Source of the DNA: Sulfurovaceae bacterium | Lineage (GTDB): Bacteria > Campylobacterota > Campylobacteria > Campylobacterales > Sulfurovaceae | Reading direction: 5' to 3' | DNA: 64,000 nucleotides | NCBI GenBank assembly: GCA_963705455.1 | Contig: CAVPJM010000002.1 | Coordinates: 555,870-619,869 of the forward strand | Shown: one piece after another, positions 11,987 to 25,672 of the stretch | Layout of the letters: the number at the start of each line of letters is the position of its first letter | How positions within the stretch are numbered: position 1 is the stretch's first letter | Made by a program: the position numbers and the translations under genes | Notes under the pieces: generated by a model | Told to the model about the DNA's origin: nothing | The model's database searches: none | The model's input: only the letters and a program-made list of their open reading frames with translations

Positions 11987-12854
11987 ATGGCATTAGGTAG
12001 AGGACTAGGAGAGATCCTTTCTGAAGTAGAAGAGGCTTATGAAAAAGATCTTGAGTAATATCGATAGTTTTGAACTTGAATCACAAGGTGCAAGGGTAGA
12101 AGAGTTACCAGTTGATCGTATTTCAGAGAACCCTTTTCAGCCGCGTAAACATTTTGATGAACAAGCACTTCAAGAGTTAAGTCAATCTATTTTAGAACAT
12201 GGATTGCTTCAGCCAATAGTTGTTATAGAAAAAGAAGATGGATACCTTCTGATCGCAGGTGAACGCCGTCTTAGAGCACATAAGCTTGCAAAACTTGCAA
12301 ATATAAAAGCGATCATAGCGGATGTAGATATAGATGAAGTAAGACTTCGTGAGCTTGCACTTATTGAAAATATTCAAAGAGAAGACCTTAACGCTATAGA
12401 GCTTGCAAACTCTTATGCTGAGTTGATCGATGTACATAATATCACTCATGATGAGCTCTCTTCTATTGTACATAAAAGTCGTTCACAGATCACGAATACT
12501 ATGCGTCTTCTCAGTCTATCTCCTTATGCGCAGAAGCAACTTGTTGAAGGAAAAATATCTCAAGGACATGCAAAAGTTTTAGTGGGTCTTGATGATAAGA
12601 AGCAAAAAATTGTTATAGACAGTATTATCGGACAAAAACTATCTGTACGTGATACTGAAAATATGGTAAAGAATTATAAAGGCAGTGTCTCTGAAAATGT
12701 ACCTAAAACAGCTACACCAAGACTACTTGAAAAGTATGCAGATACTTTAGCAGAGGCTTTACCTTTTAAGCATAAGTTAAAAGCAAAAAGTATTGAAATT
12801 AGTTTTGCAAATGAAAAAGAGGTTGAAAAGTTCTTAGCACAGTTACAGCAATGA
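11987..12854 (+). CDS. parB: Chromosome partitioning protein ParB, frameshift near the N-terminus
   Basis: MALGRGLG from 11987, NPFQPRKHF, AGERRLRA, IENIQREDL. Confidence 0.96.
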
Positions 12855-12965
12855 ATGAGAAGAAGATAAATATACTATTTAAATGTATGCTTTTATAAAA
12901 TCTACACATCCCTTTTATATTTTAACGAATACCCAGTAATTTTAATCATAACCTCATGACAATAA

Positions 12966-12974
12966 TGGTAAAAT
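12966..12974 (+). promoter_or_regulatory. Extended -10 promoter for the atp operon
   Basis: TGgTAAAAT upstream of RBS gaggag and ATG at 13001. Confidence 0.5.
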
Positions 12975-13000
12975 ATTGCGAAATTACATGAGGAGTTTTA

Positions 13001-13423
13001 ATGCTTGACATACATTTACCATTGATGTTGTTCGTATTAGCTTTGTTTTTAGCCCTACTTGTTCTTTTAAATAATATGCTATTTCAGCCATTGGTGAAAT
13101 TTATGGATGATAGAGATCACTCTATAGCAAAAGATTTAGAAGCAGCAAAAGGTCTAAGTGGCAATAGTGACGAACTAAATGCAAAGGCAGATGAAATTAT
13201 TAGCAATGCTAAAAATGAAGCTGCGGGAATCAGACAGAAAGCAATCGATGACCAGAAGACATTGGCTGCAAGTAAGATTGAGACCAAACAAAATGAATTA
13301 GAAACTGAGTATAACAAGTTTGTAGAAAAGCTTAACTCTGACAAAGAGAACCTTAAAAATTCTCTTCTTTCTCAAATGCCTCTTTTTAAAGAGAGCCTAA
13401 AAGCTAAATTTAGCAAATTATAA
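13001..13423 (+). CDS. atpF': F0F1 ATP synthase subunit b'
   Basis: Single TM helix, LFQPLVKFMDDR, coiled coil; first gene of the atp operon. Confidence 0.9.
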   Translation: MLDIHLPLMLFVLALFLALLVLLNNMLFQPLVKFMDDRDHSIAKDLEAAKGLSGNSDELNAKADEIISNAKNEAAGIRQKAIDDQKTLAASKIETKQNELETEYNKFVEKLNSDKENLKNSLLSQMPLFKESLKAKFSKL

Positions 13424-13429
13424 GAAGGG

Positions 13430-13979
13430 ATGAATATGAAAAAAATAGTACTATTGTCTTTACTTATGGTACCTGCTATTCTTTTGGCGAGTGGTGATGC
13501 TGAATCAAGCCGTTACTTTGCTCAAACAGGTAGAGAGACAGACTTTTTGCCAAGAGTATTTAACTTTGTAATCTTTGCAGCATTGCTTTACTATTTACTT
13601 GCAAATCCGATCAAAAACTTTTTTAAAGGTAGAAGTGAAGGTATTGCAGCAGCAGTTAAATGAGATTGAAAAGAAACTTCAAGCAGCTAAAGATGAGAAA
13701 AAAGAAGCGCAAAATCGTTTAGATAAAAGTGAAAAAAAAGCAGAAGAAATTATTGCTGATGCCAAAGCAGAAGCAGTTCTTTTAGCAGAAAAAATCGCGG
13801 CTGCAAATCAAAATGATTTGGCTCTTTTAGATAAACAACTTGAAGAAAAAATGTCTTTAGAAGAGAGAAAGTCAGCAAGAGAAGCAATTGATGAAATCTT
13901 GAGTGAAAATATCACAAATGATGACATCATGCTGAATGAAGCTAAAGTTGTTGAAATTATTTCTAAGAAGGTGGCGTAA
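13430..13979 (+). CDS. atpF: F0F1 ATP synthase subunit b, 1 frameshift
   Basis: RVFNFVIFAALLYYLLANPIKNFF followed by coiled coil. Confidence 0.9.
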
Positions 13980-14503
13980 TGGAAGAATTAATTGCTAAAA
14001 GATATGCACAAGCACTCTCTTCTGTATCTAAAGACCTTCCAGGTATTTTAGAAGTACTTAATGTACTGAGTGAAGCGATAAGTAGTTCTGAGATCAAGTC
14101 AACTTTAACATCTCCTATCATTTCAAGTGCACAAAAGACAGAAATGATCTTAAGTGCAGTTAGTGATGATAACAGCACACTTGTTAACTTTATTAAGATT
14201 TTAGGTGAAAACAAAAGACTTGATTTGATCCCAGCGATTACAAAAGTACTTAACACAGATCAGCAAAGAGTTTCAAATGAGTATGAGGGTGTATTGAAAA
14301 GTGCATCATCACTTGATGAAGCTACATTGGCTAATCTTGAAGAGACACTTAAAAAGTATACAGGTTCAACAATTAAATTGAAACAAGAAAAAAGTGACCT
14401 TGATGGGTTACGTGTTTCAGTGGATGATTTGGGTATAGAGGTAAACTTCTCTAAGCAGAGAGTTAAAGAACAATTAATTGATTTCATTAAGAAATCTTTA
14501 TAG
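13979..14503 (+). CDS. atpH: F0F1 ATP synthase subunit delta
   Basis: IAKRYAQAL, NFIKILGENKRL; operon position. Confidence 0.93.
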   Translation: MEELIAKRYAQALSSVSKDLPGILEVLNVLSEAISSSEIKSTLTSPIISSAQKTEMILSAVSDDNSTLVNFIKILGENKRLDLIPAITKVLNTDQQRVSNEYEGVLKSASSLDEATLANLEETLKKYTGSTIKLKQEKSDLDGLRVSVDDLGIEVNFSKQRVKEQLIDFIKKSL

Positions 14504-14526
14504 TTATCTAATAGAAAGGAGTATCA

Positions 14527-16044
14527 GTGGCAGTTAAATTGCAAGCAGATGAGATAAGTTCGATCATCAAAGAAAGAATTGAGAATTTTGAAATTGATGT
14601 TGACATCAATGAAGTAGGAAAAGTAGTAGGTATCGCAGACGGTATTTCAACAGTATATGGTCTTAACAATGTTATGGCTGGTGAAGTTGTAGAGTTTGAT
14701 AATGGTGCTAGAGGACTTGTATTAAACCTTGAAGAGGCAAACGTTGGTGTTGTTGTTCTTGGTTCAAGTGCAGGTATCAAAGAAGGTATGAGCGTTAAAA
14801 GAGCTGGAGATCTTCTTAAAACACCAGTTGGTGATGGCATTGATGGGTAGAGTCGTAAACCCACTTGGTGAAGCCTATTGATGGTAAAGGTGCAGTTGAA
14901 GCAGCAGAGCACAGATTTGTTGAAGAAAAAGCACCAGGGATCATGGCTAGAAAATCAGTTCATGAGCCACTTCAAACAGGTATTAAAGCGATTGATGCAC
15001 TTGTACCGGTTGGTAGAGGTCAAAGAGAGCTTATCATTGGTGATAGACAAACTGGTAAAACAACATTGGCTATTGATACGATCATCAACCAAAAAGGTCA
15101 AGATGTTGTATGTATCTATGTTGCGATCGGTCAAAAACAATCAACAGTAGCTGCTACAGTGAAAAAACTTGAAGAGCATGGTGCAATGGATTATACGATC
15201 ATTGTAACTGCTGGTGCAGCTGATTCTTCAGCACTTCAGTTCCTTGCTCCTTATGCTGGTGTAACTATGGCTGAGTACTTCAGAGACAATGGTAGACATG
15301 CAGTTATCTTCTATGATGACCTTTCTAAGCATGCTGTTGCATATAGAGAGATGTCACTTATTCTTAGAAGACCTCCAGGTAGAGAAGCATACCCAGGTGA
15401 TGTTTTCTATCTTCACTCAAGACTTCTTGAAAGAGCTGCAAAGCTTTCTGATGAATTAGGTGCTGGTTCTATTACTGCATTCCCTATCATTGAAACACAA
15501 GCAGGTGATGTTGCGGCGTATATTCCGACAAACGTTATTTCTATTACAGATGGTCAGATCTTCCTAGAAACTGACTTGTTCAACTCAGGTATCAGACCAG
15601 CGATCAACGTAGGTCTTTCAGTATCTAGAGTTGGTGGTGCTGCTCAAATCAAAGCAACTAAACAAGTTTCTGGTACATTGAGACTTGACCTTGCATCATT
15701 TAGAGAGCTTCAGGCATTTGCACAATTTGCATCTGATCTTGATGACTATACAAGAGGTCAACTTGAGCGTGGACAAAGAATGGTAGAGGTACTTAAACAA
15801 GGACCTTATGCTCCAGTTCCAATTGAAAAACAAGTTGTAATTATCTTTGCTGGTGCAAATGGATATCTTAGATGATATTCCTGTATCTTCTGTAACAAAA
15901 TTTGAAGCAGATCTTATGCCATTTATGGAAGCAAAATATGCAAACATTCTTGATGCTATCAGAAATGAGAAAAAGATCTCTGATGATACAGATGGAGAAT
16001 TACGTAAAGCTATCGAAGATTTTAAAGCTTCATTTGCTGGATAA
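14527..16044 (+). CDS. atpA: F0F1 ATP synthase subunit alpha, 2 frameshifts
   Basis: [23 protein letters not shown]. Confidence 0.98.
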
Positions 16045-16056
16045 GAAAGGCTTAGA

Positions 16057-18360
<2,304 letters not shown>

Positions 18361-18389
18361 TCTTAGTTCTTGTCTTATAAAGGATAATT

Positions 18390-18776
18390 ATGGAACTTAT
18401 GAAGCTAGAAATAGTCACACCAAATGGTGTGATTTTTGACGCTGAAGTAAAACAGGTAACGTTACCAGGGTCTGAAGGTGAATTTGGTGTTTTAGCCAAT
18501 CATGCTACTTTGGTATCGTTACTCGATACAGGTGTAATTGTGATCGACAAAGCAGATGGAAGTGAAGTAGCAGTGGCTATTAACTCTGGATATGTAAAAG
18601 TCGATGAAGAAAAAACAACTTGTATCGTAGATGGTGCAGTTGCTCTTTCTGGTGATGATAGTGATCTTGCAAAAGCACTTGAAGAAGCAAAAGAGTTACT
18701 TAAGAGTACAGAAGCTTCTAATACAGCTATTGCAGCTGCGGTAAGCAAAGTTGAACAAATTGGAAAGTCTTTCTAA
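18390..18776 (+). CDS. atpC: F0F1 ATP synthase subunit epsilon
   Basis: LEIVTPNG, PGSEGEFGVLANH. Confidence 0.96.
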   Translation: MELMKLEIVTPNGVIFDAEVKQVTLPGSEGEFGVLANHATLVSLLDTGVIVIDKADGSEVAVAINSGYVKVDEEKTTCIVDGAVALSGDDSDLAKALEEAKELLKSTEASNTAIAAAVSKVEQIGKSF

Positions 18777-18778
18777 CG

Positions 18779-19357
18779 TTGGGCTCTCTCGTTACTTATT
18801 TCTTTGAAAGCAGTGCAATAACTATCTTTGTACTGCTTTTACTTTCAGTTTATTTTATCGCGACATTTTGGGTGTTTTTGGATAGATTTTATATCTTAAA
18901 CTCACGTATCGCAGTCTGAAGCAAAATCACTTAAAGCACTTTATACAGGTCAGTCAAAATCAGTGGCAAGTAATTCACTTATTTTTACTTATCTATCTCG
19001 TGTTAATACACCAAATAAAGCGATACTTCAAGCAGCATCTTCTGATGCGATACGTGTTTCTACAAAAGGTCTTACCTGGCTTTCTATCATTGCATCTACT
19101 TCACCGTTTATTGGTCTTTTTGGTACGGTAATAGGGATACTTGAAACTTTTACTAAATTGGGAGCACAGTCAAGTGCTTCTTTGAGTGTTGTTGCACCAG
19201 CGATATCTGAAGCACTAATTGCTACTGCTGCAGGTATTGCAGTAGCAATATTTGCATATACTTTTCATCTTGATACTCAAACGTAAGGCTTATGAGTTAA
19301 GTTCACTGCTCGCTTCTCAATCAGAAGTGATCTTATCTCAGGTTAGTGGAGGACTAG
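18779..19357 (+). CDS. tolQ: MotA/TolQ/ExbB proton channel protein, frameshifted
   Basis: SPFIGLFGTV, ISEALIATAAG; probable TTG start at 18779; 3' end approximate. Confidence 0.85.
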
Positions 19358-19359
19358 AT

Positions 19360-19747
19360 ATGTTTAGTTGGGATGATAGTCCAGACTTGAACATTACACC
19401 TCTTGTGGATGTTATGTTGGTGTTGATGGCTATACTTATGGTCACTGCACCTACTATTACTTTTCAAGAACAGATAACATTGCCACAAGGTTCTAAAACA
19501 GTTAAGGTTGAAAAACCCAAAACACTTACCATACGTATGGATAAAGATCAAAAGATATATTTGGGTAAAGATATCTATGCTTTAGATACATTTGCAGATG
19601 ATTTTGTAAATAAATCCGTGAAGTTTGATAAAAACTCAGAAGTCTATATACGTGCGGATGAAGACGTTAAGCTATAAAAATGTCATGTATCTTCTTAAAA
19701 GTGTAAAAGCAGCAGGTTTCGAGAAGGTCTCACTTATTACATTATGA
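19360..19747 (+). CDS. tolR: ExbD/TolR protein, frameshift near the C-terminus
   Basis: NITPLVDVMLVL, YIRAD. Confidence 0.88.
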
Positions 19748-20592
19748 TAAAAAAGTCTTCTACGCTTATCTCAGGAGTCTTGGCTTTTGGTATCTATATT
19801 GTTCTCATTATTTTACTACTTTTTTATTTCAATTCACGAGATGAGAAAAAAGCTGTACATTATGTTAAAAAGAATGAAGAACGTATACGTGTTTCAATGA
19901 GCAGTCCCAAATCTAATCCTGAAAAAAAGACAAAAAAACAGATTAAAAAGGTTGAGAAACCAAAACCAAAACCTAAAGTTACACCAAAACCAAAACCAAA
20001 ACCTAAAGTTACACCAAAACCAAAGCCAAAACCTAAAAAAATAGTTGAAAAAAAAGTCATTAAAGAAAAAGTAGTTAAAAAACCTAAAGTAGTCAAAAAG
20101 ACTAAAGATGTTAATACAACAAAACCTAAAAAAGATCAATAAACCTAAAGATCTTTTTGCTAATGTATCTTCTGTGAAAAAAGTAGAAAAACCTAAAACA
20201 CCGATAAAAGCGACTGATAAACCAGTAAAGCCTAAAAAAAGTACTATCGTCAAAACTTCTGATAAACCTAAGTGCTAGTAATTTGGTATCAGATTCATTA
20301 AAGATACAAAAAACCAGTGATCAGTGGTATAGAGAATGCATATTTGGCCATGATAGAAGAGAAGCTCAAAGGATGGCCAGCGCAAAGTGAATATGCAGGA
20401 GAGAAGGCAAAAGTATGGATAAAAGTAGAACCTAATGGAAGGTTTATATTTAAAGTTATTACTGCATCAGGAAGTGAAGCATTTAACTCAGGTTTAGTAG
20501 CCTATTTGAAACAGCTGCAAAGTATAGGTTTTGGTCATCATAAAGGGAATAGAGCTTATGAGTTAGATGTGGAGTTCATCGCTACAGAATAA
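19744..20592 (+). CDS. TolA/TonB-like energy transducer, frameshifted
   Basis: N-terminal TM helix, Lys/Pro-rich linker, TonB-C-like domain at 20317-20592. Confidence 0.78.
19957..20037 (+). repeat. 30-bp coding tandem repeat, about 2.7 copies (TPKPKPKPKV)
   Basis: acaccaaaaccaaaaccaaaacctaaagtt repeated. Confidence 0.9.
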
Positions 20593-20601
20593 GGGAATAA
20601 G

Positions 20602-21453
20602 ATGTATAAAACAATTGCATATCAAGGCGTTGAAGGTGCCTACTCGGAGCAAGCCTGCAAAAATGCATATCCAGACTATTACACTATTGCATCTGATACA
20701 TTTCATGAAGCAATGTGGATGGTAGAGAGAGGAGATGCAGACCTGGCTATGATTCCTTTGGAAAACTCCACAGCTGGCAGGGTAGAAGAGATCTATAGAC
20801 TTATTCCTAAAATGGCACTGCATGTGATCGCTGAGCATTTTGAACCTATTGTGCATTGTTTACTTGCACTGCCAGATACAAAAATGGAAGATCTCAAATA
20901 TGTTGCTTCTCATCCTCAGGCATTAGCACAGTGCCATAACAATATACTTTCATTAGGTTTGAAAGCAGAAGCAAAACTTGATACTGCTGGTGCAGCTAAA
21001 GAGTTGGTTATGCAAGAAGATAGACAAAGGGCAGCTATTGCTTCGAAACTTGCAGCAGATATTTACGGGTTACAGATATTAAAAGAGAACTTTGAAGATA
21101 AACATGGAAATACTACACGGTTTTTTATACTTTCAGGAAAAAAAAGTGTACCTCTTTATGAGCCATCCAAAAAATATATTACTTCATTGGTCTTTCAGGT
21201 ACAAAATATACCTGCTGCACTCTATAAAGTACTTGGTGGTTTTGCAAGCAATGGTATTAACCTTTTAAAGATAGAAAGTTATATGGGAACACAAATGGTT
21301 CCAGGAAGTCAATTTCATATCGATATTGACGGGCATATCGATTCAGATATTATGAGAATTGCTTTAAAAGAAGTAGCATTCTTCGCAGAAGATGTCAGGA
21401 TACTAGGTGTTTATGAGAGTCATCGAGATTATCAAGTAGAGTATGTGATTTAA
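20602..21453 (+). CDS. pheA: Monofunctional prephenate dehydratase (PDT + ACT domains)
   Basis: IAYQGVEGAYS, PLENSTAG, SHPQALAQC, NTTRF, KIESY; no chorismate mutase domain. Confidence 0.92.
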   Translation: MYKTIAYQGVEGAYSEQACKNAYPDYYTIASDTFHEAMWMVERGDADLAMIPLENSTAGRVEEIYRLIPKMALHVIAEHFEPIVHCLLALPDTKMEDLKYVASHPQALAQCHNNILSLGLKAEAKLDTAGAAKELVMQEDRQRAAIASKLAADIYGLQILKENFEDKHGNTTRFFILSGKKSVPLYEPSKKYITSLVFQVQNIPAALYKVLGGFASNGINLLKIESYMGTQMVPGSQFHIDIDGHIDSDIMRIALKEVAFFAEDVRILGVYESHRDYQVEYVI

Positions 21454-21563
21454 AAATTCTACTTATACGAGAAGAAATATTTGAAATATGGTCGATCGTT
21501 TTTATAGTAAAGTACTTAAAGATAAATTGCTTGAAGTACCTTAAACAGAATATATCAGTGTAT

Positions 21564-22370
21564 TCAATAAAATATAGCAGACATATATCCAACCACTGAA
21601 CTATTGTCACCGCTTACATCTGCAGAAGTCCGGTAGTCTAATAATTTTGAAGAGAGTTTGAGATGTTGGGCTGCGAGGATCATAGCTTGGATACCAGTAT
21701 ATCCACAAGCTTTACATCCTTTTCCAAGTTCATTTAAATCAAGTTTTTCAACACCTTTTAAACAGTTTTTATCCAAAGTATTTGCTTCTTTCAGGTTATG
21801 AAAATGACTCAGATCAGAACTTATGACAATTGCATTATCCTTGTTATTTAAAAGTGCAGTGATAAGTTTGCCAATGTTTTTGCTGAAATATCACCATAGA
21901 TAAGCTCTATGACTTTTGTTTTTGGGAAGTAGTGTTGTATAAAAGGGAGTTGTACTTCAGTGGAGTGTTCTTGTTCATGTGCTTTAGGTTCAAAACTGAT
22001 ATTGAACTGTTTGGCCAAAGCAAAAAGGTAGGCACTGTCTATCTCAACTTGACCGCAGGGTGTTTCGTATGTTTCATAATAACTTCCCGAGATGCCCCTA
22101 AAGTAATGGTGGTGACTTGGACCTATGACAATGATACGTTTTGCTTTTGAGCTATTTTAAAAATCTATATGCAAAGTTGGCTGTGAACCCACTATAGATA
22201 TAGCCAGCATGTGGTACTATGATGGCCTGAGGAGTGATACTTTTAATTTTATCAGTGATGTTCATCGTATCAAATGTATGATTGAACTCCCTAATATACG
22301 TTTTTATTTTAGCACATTCCTTAGGATAAAACAGACCTTGTACAGAAGCTTTTCGTACACCCTTATCCAT
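21564..22370 (-). CDS. amrB: AmmeMemoRadiSam protein B (MEMO1 family), frameshifted
   Basis: VRKASVQGLFYP, IVPHAGYIYSG; shifted frame gives IVIGPSHH, EHSTEVQLPF, ISSDLSH; ends VVGYMSA. Confidence 0.9.
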
Positions 22371-22924
22371 TATTTCTCTTTATACTTTTTTATTCTATAT
22401 GTAGAGATCTCAGGATGCTGAGAGAGACAGTCACTACTTAAGTTGGCTTTCATACATAGGCTTGAAAAGAAATCATCAAATTTAGGTAGCTGTTCCCAGA
22501 CTTGAGGTAAATATGTTGCCTGTTTACCGTTCAGTTTAAGTACGATACCATCTTGAAAAGGAACAACTTTATTTTTAAGGTCATCTATATCATCATAGTC
22601 CAAATGTTGAGGTTCTGAAAGAATAGAGACTTCTACTTTTATATGTTCTAGTTCTTCCAATCTTAGTGGCAAAAATCGAGGATCACGTAAGGCAGCAGCC
22701 TGTGCATTATGTATAATATCCTTATAAAGAGGGCGATAGGCTTGAAGTGAACCTATGCATCCTCGAAGCTGTTCATTTGGCCCGGTGGTAAGCGTGACAA
22801 AAGCAGCACCATCCTCTTTCAGAACAGGATATGTTTTTAAAGCATGCTCCAAATCAAAATCTTCAGGCTGATTTAGTGCAACTAAAATAGCAGCTTTGGC
22901 TAGGGCTATAATTATATCATTCAC
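22370..22924 (-). CDS. amrA: AmmeMemoRadiSam protein A (AMMECR1 family)
   Basis: AFVTL, LRGCIG, AALRDPRF, EVSILS, ATYLPQVW. Confidence 0.93.
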   Translation of the reverse strand: MNDIIIALAKAAILVALNQPEDFDLEHALKTYPVLKEDGAAFVTLTTGPNEQLRGCIGSLQAYRPLYKDIIHNAQAAALRDPRFLPLRLEELEHIKVEVSILSEPQHLDYDDIDDLKNKVVPFQDGIVLKLNGKQATYLPQVWEQLPKFDDFFSSLCMKANLSSDCLSQHPEISTYRIKKYKEK

Positions 22925-23063
22925 TGTAAACTCCTTTATATTTCATTCTATCATAAATTTAGTCATCAAAAAAGTATTTTTTGATATTATTGAATGCATG
23001 TTTTAAGAGAAGCAAGGATACAATTACAAATTAAATTAAATACTAAAAAATCGAGGAACATTC

Positions 23064-24317
23064 TTGAGATATTTATTAGCACTATGGGTATCGATTACCT
23101 TTTTTACAGTCAACATTTTTGGGGTAGATGCAACTCTTAAAATAGAAAAAGATGTTGAACAGCGGGCACGTATAGCACTTATGGACGGCTCAACTGATCA
23201 AAGCAAAAAGGTTTTTGATATTTTTGTTTCAGATCTTAAAATCTCCGGACACTTCTTGCCCGACAGTACACATCATATAGGAGATATCTCTTCAAACTAT
23301 ATTATTCCTTCTCTGAAAAGTCAAGAGTATGTACTTAAATATGCAATGGACCAACAATCGGGTACTAAACTTTTAGTACGTCTGTTAAAAGCTTCTGATG
23401 GTAGACAGATATTTAAAAAGAGTTATGGTATTCCAACAACAGCAAAAATGCCATTTTTGATACATAAAGCGATTAGTGACATGAACGAAGCTTTAAATTA
23501 TCCGAGTATCTCTTGGATAAACAGATATGTTGCATATGCTGTGTATACAACTCCTGGTCGTAGTGAAATACGTTTAGCTGATTATACTTTCACCTATAAG
23601 AAAACCATTATTAAAGGTGGATTGAACCTTTTCCCTAAATGGGCAGATTCGGCACAGAGAAGTCTTTACTATACATCGTATCAAGGTACACTTCCGACAC
23701 TGTATAAACTTAATATTTATGATGGTACAAAATCGAAGATAATAAGTTCAGAGGGAATGATGGTCTGTTCAGATGTAAACAAAGATGGTTCGAAGCTTTT
23801 AGTGACCATGGCACCGGAAGGTCAAGCAGATATTTATGAACTTGATCTTGCATCCAAAGCTAAGACAAGGATCACAGATTTCAAAGGTATTGATGTCAAT
23901 GGTAGATATGTAGATGATGAAAGTCGTATTGTTTTTATCTCTAACAGGTTAGGATATGCAAATGTATTTAAAAAATCTATACATAGTGCGGCAACTTCAC
24001 AAGTGGTGTATCATGGGCGTAATAATAATGCTTGTGATGCTCATGGAGATAAAATAGTATACACCAGTAGAGAAAGTAATAATGCATTTGGAAACAATAC
24101 GTTTAATTTGTACCTTACATCTTCTGGAAGTTCGGACACAAGACCTATTACAACAACAGGAGCAAATCAATTTCCCCGTTTTTCTACGGATGGATCGGTC
24201 ATACTTTTCCTTAAGCAGAGCGGTAGAAGCTCTTCTATAGGATATACAAATCTTACAAGTCACCAAAGTTTACTTTTCCCGTTTAACGATAGAAAAGTTC
24301 AATCTTTTGATTGGTAA
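23064..24317 (+). CDS. tolB: Tol-Pal system protein TolB
   Basis: Signal peptide, beta-propeller repeats (FISNRLG, PRFSTDG), precedes pal. Confidence 0.9.
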   Translation: MRYLLALWVSITFFTVNIFGVDATLKIEKDVEQRARIALMDGSTDQSKKVFDIFVSDLKISGHFLPDSTHHIGDISSNYIIPSLKSQEYVLKYAMDQQSGTKLLVRLLKASDGRQIFKKSYGIPTTAKMPFLIHKAISDMNEALNYPSISWINRYVAYAVYTTPGRSEIRLADYTFTYKKTIIKGGLNLFPKWADSAQRSLYYTSYQGTLPTLYKLNIYDGTKSKIISSEGMMVCSDVNKDGSKLLVTMAPEGQADIYELDLASKAKTRITDFKGIDVNGRYVDDESRIVFISNRLGYANVFKKSIHSAATSQVVYHGRNNNACDAHGDKIVYTSRESNNAFGNNTFNLYLTSSGSSDTRPITTTGANQFPRFSTDGSVILFLKQSGRSSSIGYTNLTSHQSLLFPFNDRKVQSFDW

Positions 24318-24338
24318 TATATATTTAAAGGATATAAA

Positions 24339-24845
24339 ATGACACAAAAATTACTATTAGCAACAACAATAATTTCATTGATCTTGAGTGGGTGTAGCCA
24401 AAATGCTCCAGATGTAGGAAAAAATAATATTTCAGATGCAAGCCATATTGACGGTGATACAGTTAGTATAGATGAGAGTTCTTACGGTTCTGCTGGAAAT
24501 TATAACAGCAGCAGTGACGGCTTTAAGAGTATCTATTTTGCTTTTGCAGATTATTCTATTTCTCCAAATATGGAAAGCAATATGAATCGTAATACTGAAG
24601 TAGCTAATGCAGCATCGTCTAAAATAAAAATAGAAGGTAACTGTGATGAATTTGGTACGGATGAGTATAACTATGCTCTAGGTTTAAAACGTGCTAAAGC
24701 GGTAAGAGACAGCATTGCGGCACAAGGTATCGATACAAGTAGAATGGTTATGGTAAGTTTTGGTGAGAGCAATGCTGTATGTAGTGAACCTAGTGACAGT
24801 TGTTACGAAAGAAACAGAAGAGTTGACCTCCGTTTAATTAAGTAG
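24339..24845 (+). CDS. pal: Peptidoglycan-associated lipoprotein
   Basis: LSGC lipobox, IEGNCDEFGTDEYNYALG, NRRVD. Confidence 0.93.
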   Translation: MTQKLLLATTIISLILSGCSQNAPDVGKNNISDASHIDGDTVSIDESSYGSAGNYNSSSDGFKSIYFAFADYSISPNMESNMNRNTEVANAASSKIKIEGNCDEFGTDEYNYALGLKRAKAVRDSIAAQGIDTSRMVMVSFGESNAVCSEPSDSCYERNRRVDLRLIK

Positions 24846-24853
24846 GCAGAGAT

Positions 24854-25666
24854 ATGGACCGAATGTTTAACAAGTACGTAGTACAGTGTGCTTAATTGCA
24901 CTTGCTAGTACTGTATATTTACATGCTGAACCTTCTGTCTATGGGTTTGGAAGTGATGATACAGAAGATTCGCAGATATCTGAAGGCAGTACAAGAACTA
25001 TTGCTGCTTTGCAACAAAAAATAGCACAACAAGATGAGAGAATAGATGGTCTCACTACAATTAGTTGAAGGGTTAAGTGCATCTATTTATGAGCTGCAGC
25101 AGTCTAAGTCGACAGACACTTCTTCTTTAAAATCTAGTACTTCATCAGATGATGCATTACTGAAAAAGTTAGCAGCTATGATTGATGATATTAATGCCAA
25201 CTATGTTAGTAAAGAAGAACTTCAGAAAGCACTAGGCGGTAAAATTACCGCTAAACCTCCTATTAAAAAAGCAGCGAATAAAACAGAAGATTCTCTTGAG
25301 AGTACAAATACTACCGAACTTTATAGTGAAGGTGTGAGATATTTTGTAAAACAACATTATGATGAAGCAAAAAAAAGATTTACTATAACAGATGCAAAAC
25401 GGTATAAACCCGCAGCATCAAACTACTATTTGGGTGAAATCGCATACTATACCAAGAAGTATGAAGATGCAATATTTTATTTTAAAAAGAGTGCAGGTCT
25501 TTATGATAAAGCTTCTTACATAGATACGCTACTACTTCACACGGCAGTATCGCTTGAAAATACTGGGGACAAAGGTCAGGCAAGAGTATTTTATGAAAAT
25601 ATTATAGAAAACTATGCAGGTAAGAAAACGGCGCAGATTGCTAAAGAAAGATTAAAAAAACTTTAG
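24854..25666 (+). CDS. cpoB: Tol-Pal-associated TPR protein YbgF/CpoB, frameshifted
   Basis: AEPSVY, coiled coil, TPR (YYLGEIAY); position after pal. Confidence 0.78.
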
Positions 25667-25672
25667 GACAAT

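Noticed and set aside
19252-19677. Apparent TolQ-TolR fusion ORF
   Set aside because: tolR has its own RBS (ggagga) and ATG at 19360. The in-frame join is most simply another indel.
19860-20253. Antisense ORFs with GFGF/FWFW repeats
   Set aside because: They are shadows of the Lys/Pro repeat on the plus strand. The other short overlapping antisense ORFs in the track were dismissed for the same reason.
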